From contig CBDCCK010000002.1 of assembly GCA_965214835.1 (NCBI GenBank), positions 2,464,001 to 2,528,000 of the forward strand: a DNA stretch of 64,000 bases, written 5' to 3'. Positions 49,787 to 60,801 of the stretch are shown here, in pieces. This DNA is from Nitrosopumilaceae archaeon (GTDB lineage: Archaea; Thermoproteota; Nitrososphaeria; Nitrososphaerales; Nitrosopumilaceae). The notes below the pieces were generated by a model that saw only the letters and a program-made list of their open reading frames with translations, had not been told where the DNA came from and did no database searches. The position numbers and the translations under genes are program-made. The stretch's first letter is position 1. Each line of letters begins with the position of its first letter.

Positions 49787-51319
49787 TTGATCCGCATACA
49801 AAGCAGAACCACCTGCCTCCTGCTAGCAGCCATACTGGCGCTCTCTGCATATGTCCACCTGTGGAACCCGGCAGGGTTTCCGGGCTTGTTCTACGACGAA
49901 AGCATCTATACCAGGAACGCAGTACTGCTCTTGGACGCGGGCATCCTGCAACCCGACAGCTTTTACAACCATCCTTTTTTTGGCTGGATTGTCATGGCGG
50001 GATTCTTGGAGGCTACGGGATACAGGGAACTGATAGGTACGCTACCATCGACGGATCCGTCGTCACTCATGGCGATCTACGCGGTTCCGCGCATCCTCAT
50101 GGGAATGCTTGCTGTCTTGGACACGTTTCTGATTTACAAGATTGCCAAGAGAAGGTTCGGATGGAGGACAGGAATGATCGCATCGGCCCTGTTTGCGGTA
50201 ATGCCAATGTCGGGGCTTCTCAGGATGATCCTGCTGGACTCCATACTGCTTCCGATTGTGCTCTCCTCGATCCTCCTTGCCCTCTACGCCAAGGACTCGG
50301 GCAGGCCCACCGCACTAGTGGTCATGTCGGGCATGTGTCTCGGACTGGCCATACTCACAAAGATCCCCGCATTTGCAGCGATTCCACTGGTTCTGTTTTT
50401 GGTGTATGGTGTCAGGAAAAAACTAAGACAGGTTGCCCTGTGGTTCGTACCCGTATTTGCAATCCCGACGATCTGGCCGGCATATGCCATATCTGTGGGA
50501 GAGTTCGATCATTGGATATCCGGGATCACTTGGCAGGCAGGCAGAAGCAACGGCGGCCTGCGTACTGCGATGTGGAGTGCGTTTAACAACGATCCAGTCT
50601 TGATCTGCGTCGGGATGGCAGGCATTGCCCTGGCTACTGTATGCCTGACTCGGCGGGCGTGCAGGGAGCGTTCTGGCTCTTGGTTCATAGTGTTGTGGTT
50701 TGTACCGCCCGTTTTGTTCTTTGCGGCAATTGGATACGTGGTGCACTTCCACATAGGCAACCTGCTACCAGTGCTGTGCATCGCCGCCGCCATTCTCCTC
50801 ATGAAAGCCGGGGGGGTGATCAAGAGGCTCACAAGACATGCCACACAGAACCGCGTGATGGCAGGTATCGTGATCGTGGTCGTGGGATTCGGCCTTTATA
50901 CTACGGGCACGGTCGTAAACACGAACGCATCGCTTGCGCAGTTTGAAATGCTTTCATACGTACTGGAAAACGTAGACGACAAGGACACGGCAATCATCGC
51001 AAACAACATATTTGTGTGGATATTATCATATGTATATGGATACGACAACGCAATGTTGCATTACAACGTCGATCCCAAAATTGAGGTAGACAAGGTCGTG
51101 TTTATGATCGACTATGATTTTGCAGCCGACATGGATAACATGAGGAGGAAGATGGCCATGAATCCTGCCGACTCTGCCGGCTTGGTGTCAGCAAAGGATC
51201 AGCTCAAGTGGCAGTGGATGATCGGACTCCACGATGACGCCCATGTGCTGGCCAAGTTTGGGGGATCGGCGGACAGATCAGTCGAGATCAGAACCAACGA
51301 CGCGAACCTGCTGGGATGA
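49787..51319 (+). CDS. GT-C fold membrane glycosyltransferase (ArnT/PMT_2-like)
   Basis: DESIY, YNHPFFG, multiple TMs, GLAILTK. Confidence 0.85.
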   Translation: MIRIQSRTTCLLLAAILALSAYVHLWNPAGFPGLFYDESIYTRNAVLLLDAGILQPDSFYNHPFFGWIVMAGFLEATGYRELIGTLPSTDPSSLMAIYAVPRILMGMLAVLDTFLIYKIAKRRFGWRTGMIASALFAVMPMSGLLRMILLDSILLPIVLSSILLALYAKDSGRPTALVVMSGMCLGLAILTKIPAFAAIPLVLFLVYGVRKKLRQVALWFVPVFAIPTIWPAYAISVGEFDHWISGITWQAGRSNGGLRTAMWSAFNNDPVLICVGMAGIALATVCLTRRACRERSGSWFIVLWFVPPVLFFAAIGYVVHFHIGNLLPVLCIAAAILLMKAGGVIKRLTRHATQNRVMAGIVIVVVGFGLYTTGTVVNTNASLAQFEMLSYVLENVDDKDTAIIANNIFVWILSYVYGYDNAMLHYNVDPKIEVDKVVFMIDYDFAADMDNMRRKMAMNPADSAGLVSAKDQLKWQWMIGLHDDAHVLAKFGGSADRSVEIRTNDANLLG

Positions 51320-51481
51320 CTCCCGGATGCCAAGGACGCAGCCGGCGATCCCTTGCCCATTGCACCGTAATCGGTTAGGTTGAGCACGGGGAACCGGGGT
51401 GGAAAACAGGCACGAATACTAGGCTGCCGTAGGAACCTTGACCAGTTTGGCAGGCACGTCCAATCCGCGCATGCGCCATGT

Positions 51482-52897
51482 CAGTAGTTCCTCGATGTAC
51501 TTTTGCAGGCACGATAATTACGCAATTTGCCGAGATTTTTTGACCATCATACTATAGATCAGGCGGTGTGCCAACCATCATCATGTCAGTAACACAAAAC
51601 GACGTGTTTGCACACCAGTTTGACATAACATCGAGACAGTTTAAAACATTGCGACGGCGGTTTCCCAAGCTCGGGCTGGCCGTCTCAAAGAGTCGCAACG
51701 CAGTGTATGACCACATCGACGCACTGCGCGTTCTATATTTCATGTCTGAGAGGAGGATGTTTGCAGAATCTGCCGTGACGCACCTTCGCAGGCGGGCCTC
51801 AAAATGCAGCAGGCAGCAGCATGACGACGGGGCTGCCTCCAAGGGCGGCGCGTATAGTTGCCGTACGCCTAGTCCGGACTGGATCCTAAAGGCGATCCGG
51901 GGCGTCAGCCTGGATGATGCGCAAAAGTGGTGCAGCTCCATGCTGCAGCATACGGTAAGGTGCGCCCGCAGGTCAGGCATGCTGCACAACACGGACGTCG
52001 TGGCAGTGGACGTTACCGACGTGGAATACTATGGCAAGGGCCTGGAGGATATCGCCAGAAAGTCAAAGCCCAAGAACGGCACGTCGACGTTTCTCTCGCA
52101 CATTACCATGCACGGAATAGGATCAGATGACGGGTCTGACCTCGTGCTTTCCTCGCTGCAGCTTCCAAAAGAGGCAAAACTGGCCGATTTCGTGCCTAAA
52201 ATGATCCGCAAGGCGTCCAGATCAGGGATGAGGATCAAGACGTTCCTGTATGACCGCGGGTTCTTTAACGTGGACTGCATGAGGGCTGCAGAAACAAGCA
52301 CGGGCAGCTACATCATGCCTGCCGTCAAGAACAGGAGGATAGTGGCGGCAATAGAGGAGCATGACCGCGGAGAACGCGGTGCGGTATCAAAATATACAAT
52401 GACCAACAAGGACGGCAAGAGCGCCACATTCAGGCTAGTCATTGTGGAAAAGGACGAGGTAGAAAAGGACGGCACGGCAGCAGCAAAGAAGGACAAGGCA
52501 GAAGAGACCATAGCCGACAGGTATCTGGTCTTTGCCACCAACATGTCTGCTAAAAGTGCAGAGGCAGTCATTGAGCAGATACCGGAGGAGTACCGCAGTC
52601 GGTGGGGAATCGAGACCGGGTTCAGGGTGATCAAGGGGATAATGGGCAAGACGTGCAGCAATTCCCCGGTCGTCAGGCTGCTGCTGTTCTATATGTCTGT
52701 CATACTGTACAACCTGTGGAGGACTGCCGTGTTCATAGACGTGGAATCCAAGTGGGACGGATTTGCAGGAGGGAAGGGGTTTACCATGATGCTGTTTGTC
52801 GCGTGCATTGTCGATGCGGCCGACTCGTTTGTAAACGATCGCGGAAAGTAGCGGAGGTGCCGTGTCGGGTCTGCAAAAGTACATCTAGGAAGTACTG
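51482..52897 (+). mobile_element. ISH3-like (IS4 superfamily) element, 4-bp TSD ATGT
   Basis: TIR CAGTAGTTCCTCGATGTACTTTTGCAG / CTGCAAAAGTACATCTAGGAAGTACTG; ATGT at 51478 and 52898. Confidence 0.9.
51568..52851 (+). CDS. DDE transposase
   Basis: AVDVT, DRGFF, YRSRWGIETGFRVIK. Confidence 0.92.
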   Translation: MPTIIMSVTQNDVFAHQFDITSRQFKTLRRRFPKLGLAVSKSRNAVYDHIDALRVLYFMSERRMFAESAVTHLRRRASKCSRQQHDDGAASKGGAYSCRTPSPDWILKAIRGVSLDDAQKWCSSMLQHTVRCARRSGMLHNTDVVAVDVTDVEYYGKGLEDIARKSKPKNGTSTFLSHITMHGIGSDDGSDLVLSSLQLPKEAKLADFVPKMIRKASRSGMRIKTFLYDRGFFNVDCMRAAETSTGSYIMPAVKNRRIVAAIEEHDRGERGAVSKYTMTNKDGKSATFRLVIVEKDEVEKDGTAAAKKDKAEETIADRYLVFATNMSAKSAEAVIEQIPEEYRSRWGIETGFRVIKGIMGKTCSNSPVVRLLLFYMSVILYNLWRTAVFIDVESKWDGFAGGKGFTMMLFVACIVDAADSFVNDRGK

Positions 52898-53108
52898 ATG
52901 TCACCATATGCATCATTGCTGTTCCAAACACCTCCGTGCCGGCAGGGGTATGCAGCCCGTGCCACGTGCTCCCTGCATGACTATCCTGTGCAGTGCCCCC
53001 CCCCCTGTCCTGCTGCTGATAGGTTCCATGTCCGGATGCCTGACAAAGATGAACATGTACTGGGCAGCAGCTGCCAAGCTTGCCGCCAAAATTGCACTCC
53101 ATGTTTGG

Positions 53109-53220
53109 GTAACAGCTCGCGCTCTGGAGGCCATTCCTGGTTTTATGCACGGATTGTGCTAGACCGGGGTTTCTTGGGTGACAAAATTCACGCTTGGACT
53201 TCCAGAGCCCGGCATGTTAC
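53109..53220. mobile_element. MITE family A copy
   Basis: GTAACAGCTCGCGCTCTGGAG...CTTCCAGAGCCCGGCATGTTAC. Confidence 0.75.
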
Positions 53221-53268
53221 CAAAATTTTCATACCTTCATTAATGGTCGCCGTCCCTCGTAATTGTTC

Positions 53269-55914
53269 ATGAAGTTCTGCACTGCTTGTGGCACAAGACT
53301 CGCCCAAAACCTTCAGGATGTTGGCGGTCCGGGAATATGCCCCAAGTGCAGTCCTGAGATGATCATTCCAAAGGGGCCGACATTTGGAACGAACCACTTT
53401 AGAAAAACAAAACCCTGCTTCAAAGGCTGCGGCGCTGAGATCTATTGGGATGACTCGTTCAAGTCTGACAGTGGCAAGTTCATTCCGATTGATTCGAGAA
53501 CTGATGAGCCACATCGATGCGACGGTCCGACCGAGTCAGCAGAGCCCGGCTATCCCGATGAGGCAAAAAAATACCCCGGGAAAAAAGAGTCAAAACCGGA
53601 ATCAACAATCCCGGTATCTGAGGAAATTTTGTTTGATATCAAAAAAATCCCAAGATCCCTCATCGAAGGTGATCTGATAGTTCATGAAATCATTCAAGGT
53701 CACACGGAGAAATCCTTGGGGATAATTCACTATGAAAACCTGGCATCCCCCGAACCTGAAAAAATCCCGGTCGAATCCCTAAATGACGTCTTGTCTGAAA
53801 AAATCCTGGATGGAATTAAAAGGTATGGTTTTTCTGGACTGCTACCCTTCCAGGATGAGTCCGTCCGCTCCATTCTAAATGGGGAAAACTCTATCATCTC
53901 TGCGCCAACTGGCTCAGGAAAAACCGAGGCCTTTAGCATACCGATTTTAGAGAAAATCTCACAGGAATCTGAACCCGGAGTGTTTGCCCTGCTTGTATAC
54001 CCCCTAAATGCCCTCATTGATGACCAAGTTTCAAAAATCTCAAACCTGATAGACAAATGTGATCTGAAAGGCAAGATGGGCGTCTACTCCATTCATGGCG
54101 GACAAAGTTCCCAATACAAAGACATGATAATCTCAGATGCCTCTAAAAAGTCATTAATCATTGCAACAAACTTTGATTTTATCAATTACCACCTGATTTT
54201 ACAAGACAAAAAATGGAACAGGTTGTTCAAAAATGCAAAAATCATTGTGATGGACGAGGCTCATTCGTATACTAGTTTTCACGGATCAAACGTATACCAT
54301 GTTCTAAAAAGGATGAGGCGCTACATGAAAGGTGTTCAGTTTGTTGGCTCTTCTGCAACTCTGGATAACTCCTTGGAATTTTTCTCAGACATGTTTGATT
54401 TGCCCCAGGAGTCCTTCTCGTACATCAAAAGCAAAACCAGACGAAAAAGAAACATGCACATGTTTTTCATCATGCCAAGAAAGTTTGGCCAGCGAACCAC
54501 CATGGAGATGCTGGCATCCATTTGCCACAAGAATAAATCGACACAACTGATTTTCAGCAACTCCCACAACGATGCGGAGTTTTTGGCATCAAACGTAGAG
54601 TCTGCCAATGACGGAATGCGCATCCAAATTCATCGCGGGGGCCTTGATCAAGGCAATCGAAAACTGTACGAGTCTCAGATGAAGGCAGGCGAACTAGACG
54701 CCTTGTCCTGCACTCCGACGCTGGAGCTGGGCATTGACATTGGCCACGTGGATGTTGTGATCTCTGCATTCAAAAACGAGTTTGATTCTTTTGTGCAGAG
54801 AATCGGCCGTGCAGGCAGAATGGGACAAAAATCCTACGCAATCTGCGTTTTCGACCCCGATGATGCCTCCTGCCACTATTTTGCGCGTCATATCGATGAT
54901 TATCTGACTCAAAATCACGTAATTCCAATCAACAAGAAAAACACGATCATTGCAGACAAACACACCGAGTCAATCAAAGTAGAAAGGGAGTCAGCGGCAG
55001 AATATGACAAGTCCCGATTCTTTGATTTTGCAAGTAGTGTGAACCTTCGTGGCTCTTCAGGCGAGATTGCGATTTATTTTAATTCTAAAAAAATCGGCAC
55101 TCGCGATGTTCCGGTAGGGTACTATCAATTGCATCAGAATGCAATTTATCATTTCAACAAGCAAAACTATGAGGTAACCTCTTTGATAAAATCACAGGGT
55201 GGTGCAAGAGCCTACCTGAAAAGATCCTATGAAATGCAAAAAAGAACAATACCTGTTGTTAGAACGTCAATGCTTCAAACATCCGAAAGAGACGCAACTC
55301 GCAGAAGCATTTCTAAAAAATCTGCGACCCTTTCTCTGAGGTACGGGTTTGTTGAGCTGAGCAGAACCATTACCGGCTACATGAAAGGAAACTATAATGA
55401 TTCCATTGACAACTTCCAAACCTTTAGTGGGGTCACAGTTCCCTCGTGGAAAAATTTTAACTGGAAGTCAAAACACTCCTCGGTAGGCATTATCCTCCCC
55501 CCTGAGTTTGTTTTGGCATCTGAATCATCTTCTAAAAGTCAGATTGTATCGGATTCCAGAGTGCATACTATAACACATGTGTTACTCAACGCTGCAAAAA
55601 TTGTCACAAAATCCGAATCAAATGACATTGATTCGTTTTATGAAAATGGCACAATCTATCTGTATGATAATTCTTCAGATGGATTTAATGGGTGCAGCAA
55701 GATTGTCTTTGAAGAATTTGAAAAAATTCTAGATACCTGCAGTTCTCTGCTGTCTGATTGCAACTGCCCCGTGGACTCAAAGCAGAGACGGCAGGCAAAG
55801 CTTGGCGAGGGGTGGGGAGGATGTCCCAAATGCACGTTTGTCACAAGTTACTGCCAAACCAAGAATAAAGATCTGTCAAAACAGGACGCCTTGGACTTTT
55901 TCTCCCTATTTTGA
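53269..55914 (+). CDS. DEAH-box SF2 helicase with DUF1998-like C-terminal Cys cluster (Hrq1/SftH/MrfA-like) and N-terminal zinc ribbons
   Basis: APTGSGKTE, YPLNALI.DQ, DEAH, SAT, TLELGIDIG, QRIGRAGR; C.C...GCPKC...C. Confidence 0.88.
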   Translation: MKFCTACGTRLAQNLQDVGGPGICPKCSPEMIIPKGPTFGTNHFRKTKPCFKGCGAEIYWDDSFKSDSGKFIPIDSRTDEPHRCDGPTESAEPGYPDEAKKYPGKKESKPESTIPVSEEILFDIKKIPRSLIEGDLIVHEIIQGHTEKSLGIIHYENLASPEPEKIPVESLNDVLSEKILDGIKRYGFSGLLPFQDESVRSILNGENSIISAPTGSGKTEAFSIPILEKISQESEPGVFALLVYPLNALIDDQVSKISNLIDKCDLKGKMGVYSIHGGQSSQYKDMIISDASKKSLIIATNFDFINYHLILQDKKWNRLFKNAKIIVMDEAHSYTSFHGSNVYHVLKRMRRYMKGVQFVGSSATLDNSLEFFSDMFDLPQESFSYIKSKTRRKRNMHMFFIMPRKFGQRTTMEMLASICHKNKSTQLIFSNSHNDAEFLASNVESANDGMRIQIHRGGLDQGNRKLYESQMKAGELDALSCTPTLELGIDIGHVDVVISAFKNEFDSFVQRIGRAGRMGQKSYAICVFDPDDASCHYFARHIDDYLTQNHVIPINKKNTIIADKHTESIKVERESAAEYDKSRFFDFASSVNLRGSSGEIAIYFNSKKIGTRDVPVGYYQLHQNAIYHFNKQNYEVTSLIKSQGGARAYLKRSYEMQKRTIPVVRTSMLQTSERDATRRSISKKSATLSLRYGFVELSRTITGYMKGNYNDSIDNFQTFSGVTVPSWKNFNWKSKHSSVGIILPPEFVLASESSSKSQIVSDSRVHTITHVLLNAAKIVTKSESNDIDSFYENGTIYLYDNSSDGFNGCSKIVFEEFEKILDTCSSLLSDCNCPVDSKQRRQAKLGEGWGGCPKCTFVTSYCQTKNKDLSKQDALDFFSLF

Positions 55915-55939
55915 CTCAAATCATGCGAAACCAACAGTA

Positions 55940-56017
55940 GGATCTTGTGCGTAATCGGTGCAGATCAAAAAAGCCAGGCAGTTTTTGCGTCATTTTTGGC
56001 AAATGCGCACAAGGTCT
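55940..56017. mobile_element. MITE family B copy
   Basis: Aligns with 46343..46420 over 78 bp. Confidence 0.75.
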
Positions 56018-56184
56018 TGTATTTTCAGGCCACAGCCGGAACTACCGCAGTTGGTCTTGAGGGATCAGAGACGGGGCCCGACTTTACCTAAAATTTCTTT
56101 TGCGGCAACATCCAACCCCACCCGAAGGCCCTTTGGAACATACGGATTTGTCGAACCATGCAAACTCTTCGTTTTTTGCCCATC

Positions 56185-56483
56185 CTAAAGTCTTTCTAGC
56201 GTCTTTGTTCTAAAATCATCATATTTTATGCCTGCTGAGCTTAAAACATCCCCCAAAATTTCGATTATTGCGTCTATCTCATTCGTAATTCTGAGGCCAG
56301 AGTGGATATCGCAGACATCTTTTCCTTCGTCTCCCTCGTAAAACGCCTTTAATTTTTTGGCAATCAGAGCATGAAGCAAATAGACGGGAACTTTGCCTAC
56401 TGTTAACGGGAGTATGGTATGCTCGCGCTAGCCACCTTGCTACTGCCGGTCATTGCTTCCCCCATATTGAACTCAAGAAATAC
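56185..56483 (-). pseudogene. C-terminal remnant of an AbiEii-type nucleotidyltransferase
   Basis: VPVY.L..LIAKKLKA.....GKDV.DI; 5' part ends at the MITE. Confidence 0.6.
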
Positions 56484-56592
56484 GTAACAGCTCGGGCTCT
56501 GGAAGTTGTTCCTGATTTCAGGCACGAATCTGCCCGAGGGATCTTCGAGGTGGCAAAACTCACAACTGAACTTCCAGAGTCCGAGCTGTTAC
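56484..56592. mobile_element. MITE family A copy
   Basis: Near-identical to 46226..46336. Confidence 0.9.
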
Positions 56593-56719
56593 CTCAGGCG
56601 ACACTGCTGGCCGGAGCCTTCATGATCACGCCTGCCATGCCGTATCCCGGGGGAGGGGTAAACTTTTGCCTGGGAGGTGCCACCAAACCATATTAATAAA
56701 GTCGCAGCCGCGTTATTCC

Positions 56720-56902
56720 GTGCTGCATAAAGCATACCTTGTGTTCGTAGGCCTGCTGGCACTTGGTGCCGTAATCATATCCGTCGGGATGATAATTGAC
56801 AGTGACGAGTACTGGCTGGTTGCCGATTATTTGACCATCTGCATCTTTGCGTCATCTGCAACATTCCTGCTCGTATTCAGGCAAAAGGCATACGGGCAAT
56901 GA
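56720..56902 (+). CDS. small two-TM protein (60 aa)
   Basis: GTG start after TATTAATAAA; paralog at 47018..47185. Confidence 0.65.
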   Translation: MLHKAYLVFVGLLALGAVIISVGMIIDSDEYWLVADYLTICIFASSATFLLVFRQKAYGQ

Positions 56903-57116
56903 CTGTCACCGGCAGGACTGCGTGCAGGCACAGGCTGCCACGGACTGCCCGTCCGGGCCGGGCCGTGGATCAAAGCGGCGGGCGCATCTGCCGAATCGGC
57001 GGGGGTATCTCAGTGGAGGGCCGGGAGGACTCACCGAAGCAGGAAGATCAGAGTTGACACAGTCATCAAAGCAATTTCACACAAGGGTTAAAGCACCCGC
57101 GGGGCAAACTGTGCAT

Positions 57117-57317
57117 ATGCAGCCCGAAAAGCAAAGGAGCAACATGTGGTTTCTTTTGCCCATATTCATGAACGTGTGCGGCGGACTAATCGCATATTTT
57201 ATTCTGCGGCATGACGACCCCCGAAAGGCAAAAAACTGCCTCTATCTCGGAATCGCCCTGATAACAGTCGGCATCGTGACAAGCCTGATCTTTTCGCTGA
57301 CCGGCATAGACATGTGA
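57117..57317 (+). CDS. small thaumarchaeal membrane protein
   Basis: RS.WFLLPIF...GGLIAYFILR.DDP.KAKNCLYLG. Confidence 0.75.
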   Translation: MQPEKQRSNMWFLLPIFMNVCGGLIAYFILRHDDPRKAKNCLYLGIALITVGIVTSLIFSLTGIDM

Positions 57318-57505
57318 GGCCGGAAAGGCAGCAGCTGAGGATCAAGTCAGGAGCCATGTGAGCAGATCAGCTGCGGATGCCTGGGTTTTTCCCTGATCGG
57401 CATTTTTTTCTGCCCGGGCACGATCCTGTCTTTTTTGAAAGCCATGGCAGGCCCGAAGCGCAACCTCTGCCACTGCCTGCAGGGGCGGCTGCAGAGTACA
57501 GTCAT

Positions 57506-57979
57506 ATGGAGAGGGCCGCACGGGAGGTCATGGAGGCGGCAAGGCTCAGGGACAGCGTGGAGAGGTGGCTGGTTCATGAAAGCTATAGGTTCTACCAGAC
57601 GGAAAACGAGGAAAACGACTTTACCCTGACGGTAAAGCATGCAGGATCATTTGGAAACCGGATTGAGGTTTTCAGTCCAAGGCAACAAAACGTCGTCCTA
57701 GTAGTCGGCAGCCTCGTGCCCCTAAAAAACAGCCAGAATGCCAGATACCAAAGGCTGAACCATGCGCAAAGGGCGAGCTTTGCAAAAAGGGTGGACGACT
57801 ATTGCCACTCCATAAGGGCAATAAGCAGAACTAGGATGGAGGACGGCAAGCCGGTCTTTGGCGTATATGTTGTGCTAGATGACGAGGAGAGGTTCAACCA
57901 AAATGACTTTTCCGAGGCCATGATCCGGGTGGCAGAGATGGGCGACATGGTGTCCCGGTTTTTGGTAAAGACATGCTAG
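57506..57979 (+). CDS. DUF2299-like conserved protein
   Basis: LRD.VERWLVHE.Y.F pattern; 157 aa. Confidence 0.6.
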   Translation: MERAAREVMEAARLRDSVERWLVHESYRFYQTENEENDFTLTVKHAGSFGNRIEVFSPRQQNVVLVVGSLVPLKNSQNARYQRLNHAQRASFAKRVDDYCHSIRAISRTRMEDGKPVFGVYVVLDDEERFNQNDFSEAMIRVAEMGDMVSRFLVKTC

Positions 57980-58479
57980 CAGATGCAGGGATGGAGACGG
58001 GACTGTTAAGTTGTCGGGATATGGTTCCTCCTGTTAAGAGTCGGGATATGGAAGCCTCCTGTCTTGCAAGACTTGAGCAGTACAGTCGGGCCATGATTAT
58101 CAGCATGGTGACCTGATCGGTCAGTCCGAGTACCGGGGATTTCTCAGGTATTTTTCACATTTCTCCATTTCGGACTGTTTCATTCCAGCGCCGCCCGTGC
58201 TCAAATTTCAGGACAGAATCCATCCCAGCCAGACTTTTAGTTTCGTATGAAATCTCCGGGATTTAGTGAGCGCAAGCGGTGTTTGAGACTGTCCATAACC
58301 CCATTAACTGTTATGCTGCCGATCATAAGTTCCTGAGTAGAACCGATCCTCTCCGGATGGGCCTTCTGGCGTCAGGCTGAATTCCGGACGTCCTCAGGCA
58401 CTCGGGGGTGTCGCCTGATTCATCAGGATTTCTGGGAACCGCGCGATGTCATCCGGGCCCGGGCGTGCCAGGGGCAGGG

Positions 58480-58910
58480 CGGAAGTTCAGAAGAACGTGC
58501 AGGCTGGGCCAGGCAGGTGAATTGCGCGACAGCCTCGGCACTCTGGCAGCTTGCGCCTCATCGTCCCAAACGCGGAGCAATACCGGGAGGCCAGGCACGT
58601 CCCTCTTTGACCGGCTCCGGCAATTTTCAATGGCTCTGACCCCCGACCCCCGAGCGGCCCTCCCCCGTAGTCACTGGCCGCTCCTGCGCGTGTGCCGAGG
58701 CGCCCATTACAACGTGGGCCTTGTCTGTGCTGCATGCAGGCGGCACGAGGTAAGGCCGTACATGCCAAATTTTTCCCCGTATGTACAAAAGAGCCTGCGG
58801 TGATCGATCGACACTGCACCGCACGCCATGATGTCGGGCATAAACTCTTCGGCACATATGAGCATGAACTACGCATGGAGGCGCCTTCCGTTGTCGAGGA
58901 ACCTGAGAAG
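58480..58910 (-). pseudogene. highly degraded IS630-like transposase remnant
   Basis: GAVSIDHRRLFCTY resembles GSIAEDGRRLFRTF of the 28980 transposase; stops and frameshifts; ends approximate. Confidence 0.45.
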
Positions 58911-58964
58911 CAATCCGTAATTAAATTACGAGTGGCAGGTTGCAGTTGTTTTCTGCCGTGTTTT

Positions 58965-59082
58965 TCAGGCCACAGCGGCTATCCGTTCCAGTATCCTCAG
59001 GTTGACCAGCCCGCACACGATACTGTTGGCCAGATCGTACTTTCTGAGCCTGTTTCTGTACTTGTAGCTCATTATCTTGAAT
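58965..59082 (-). pseudogene. C-terminal remnant of another IS5-family transposase
   Basis: FKIMSYKYRNRLRKYDLANSIVCGLVNLR. Confidence 0.65.
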
Positions 59083-60800
59083 AGACCTTATGCGTAATCG
59101 ACCGGATCGAAATATTCCGACGGTGGCCGGCCATACATGCAAGGCTGACGGCATCACATGACGTGTATGAGGGCGGCAGAGTCCGTATATAGTGCAGCTA
59201 CGAGCCATTACAGCTGGTAAAAACTACAGTATAGTGCGGCATCGTGTGGCGCCGCAATGCGCTCCGTATCGTGGTATCAGAACCCATGCATGAGCTTCTT
59301 GTTCCGCTTGTCCCACAGCAGCCTAAAGTTGGCAAGCCCGGCCGTCACCTGGAACTCCCTGTCGAACTCCTCGGCGGTCCCGTCGTACGGATCACGCATC
59401 CGCTTGTACTGCTTTATCCGTCCTATGGCGTGCTCTACTGTCACCCTCTTGCTGCTTATCCTCCTGTTCTGCGCTTTCTGTTTCTTTGTAAGCTTGCCTT
59501 TCCTTGGCTTCTTGTCGGGCTGCACGGATGTGGCCCCGGGATACACCTCCTCGATTCCCATGTATCCCAGATCAGAGAACATCTTTACCTTCTCGTCCTC
59601 GGGGTGCTTTCTGTTGCTGCGCATCCTGGCAGTCAGGATTCCCAGATCCGGTGGGTTGTTCTTTATCATGGTGAGGTCGTGCGTGCTTCCGGGCGCCGAC
59701 TTGCTTGCATACATCGCCAGTCCCTTCTTGTCGGCAATCACCTGGGTGTTGCGCGTAAAGCTCTTCTTCTTGCCAGAGTATGCCTCCTTTCTTGGCTCCT
59801 TGTCTGTGGGGCGCTGTATGTCGATGTGCGTGCCGTCTACAATCACGGTCAGATCCGGGACGATCTTCTTGACTTCCTTGATCGTGCGGGCGTTTCGTAT
59901 CTTTCGCGATACGGCGTCCGGCGTGGGCAGTATCTTGAGAAATATCATGTCGCAATACCTGAGGTACCTGCATACGGTGCTCTGGTCTATGCCGAAGAAC
60001 GCCGCAAGCTGCTCCTGTGTCGGGTTTCCGTACTTGCGCATCAGCGACATCAGCAGGGCGTGGCGGTAGGACAGCTTGCACCGGTTTCCGGGCAAGTTGT
60101 CCTCGTCTTCTGAGAACAGGGGGCCTTCTGTGTGCTTTTTGGCAAGCTTCGTAAACCGGTCATATATGTAGTCAAACTGGCGGAGGTTCATCGACGTGGT
60201 GGGCTGCAGGGACCCGCCACCGATTATGTCATCGAGCACCTCGAGCCTGTGCATGAGGGCGGCGTTGTCCGCGGAGCGCCTGTCGTCATCCCAGGTTGCG
60301 GGCCACATCCGGCGCTCGGCGTCCAGCTGCTGTTCCAGCTGCCCTATCCTCTCCTGATCCCGCTCCTGCCTCCTGCCGTCCTGCCTGCTCTTCTTCTCGT
60401 ACTCTCTGATCTCCTTCCTGTACTGCATCCTCTCCGTCCTGTCCCGCGCCTTCTCCTTCCTCTCCTGCCTGCTCTTCTTCTCGTGCCTCTTGATCCTCTT
60501 CTCATACTTCTTGATCTTCTTTTTGTCCCGCGCCTTCTCCTTCCTGTCCTGTACCTTCTCCTTCTCGTACTGCTCGATTCTCTTCTTCAGCAGTCGTATC
60601 TGCTCGGTCTCGGACTTTGCCATTACTCTTATGCGAGAATGGATCCCGGATCTAAATCAATCGTCTGAAAATAGTTGTGGTTTTGATCAAATATTTTCAA
60701 CGTTGTAAGGTACAGTCGCGCGTGCGCCGGCCCTGACTTGCCTCATTTGTAGCCCGTGCGCCGGGGGCATCGCCGCTAATTTCGTTTACGCATAAGGTCT
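59083..60800 (-). mobile_element. IS5-family (ISL2/DDE_Tnp_4) element with AAT at both ends
   Basis: TIR AGACCTTATGCGTAA / TTACGCATAAGGTCT. Confidence 0.9.
59277..60623 (-). CDS. DDE_Tnp_4 transposase with N-terminal charged coiled coil
   Basis: FGIDQSTV HTH, VDGT, YSGKKK, GSTHD, DLGY.G, R..VEHAIGRIK. Confidence 0.92.
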   Translation of the reverse strand: MAKSETEQIRLLKKRIEQYEKEKVQDRKEKARDKKKIKKYEKRIKRHEKKSRQERKEKARDRTERMQYRKEIREYEKKSRQDGRRQERDQERIGQLEQQLDAERRMWPATWDDDRRSADNAALMHRLEVLDDIIGGGSLQPTTSMNLRQFDYIYDRFTKLAKKHTEGPLFSEDEDNLPGNRCKLSYRHALLMSLMRKYGNPTQEQLAAFFGIDQSTVCRYLRYCDMIFLKILPTPDAVSRKIRNARTIKEVKKIVPDLTVIVDGTHIDIQRPTDKEPRKEAYSGKKKSFTRNTQVIADKKGLAMYASKSAPGSTHDLTMIKNNPPDLGILTARMRSNRKHPEDEKVKMFSDLGYMGIEEVYPGATSVQPDKKPRKGKLTKKQKAQNRRISSKRVTVEHAIGRIKQYKRMRDPYDGTAEEFDREFQVTAGLANFRLLWDKRNKKLMHGF

Positions 60801-60801
60801 A

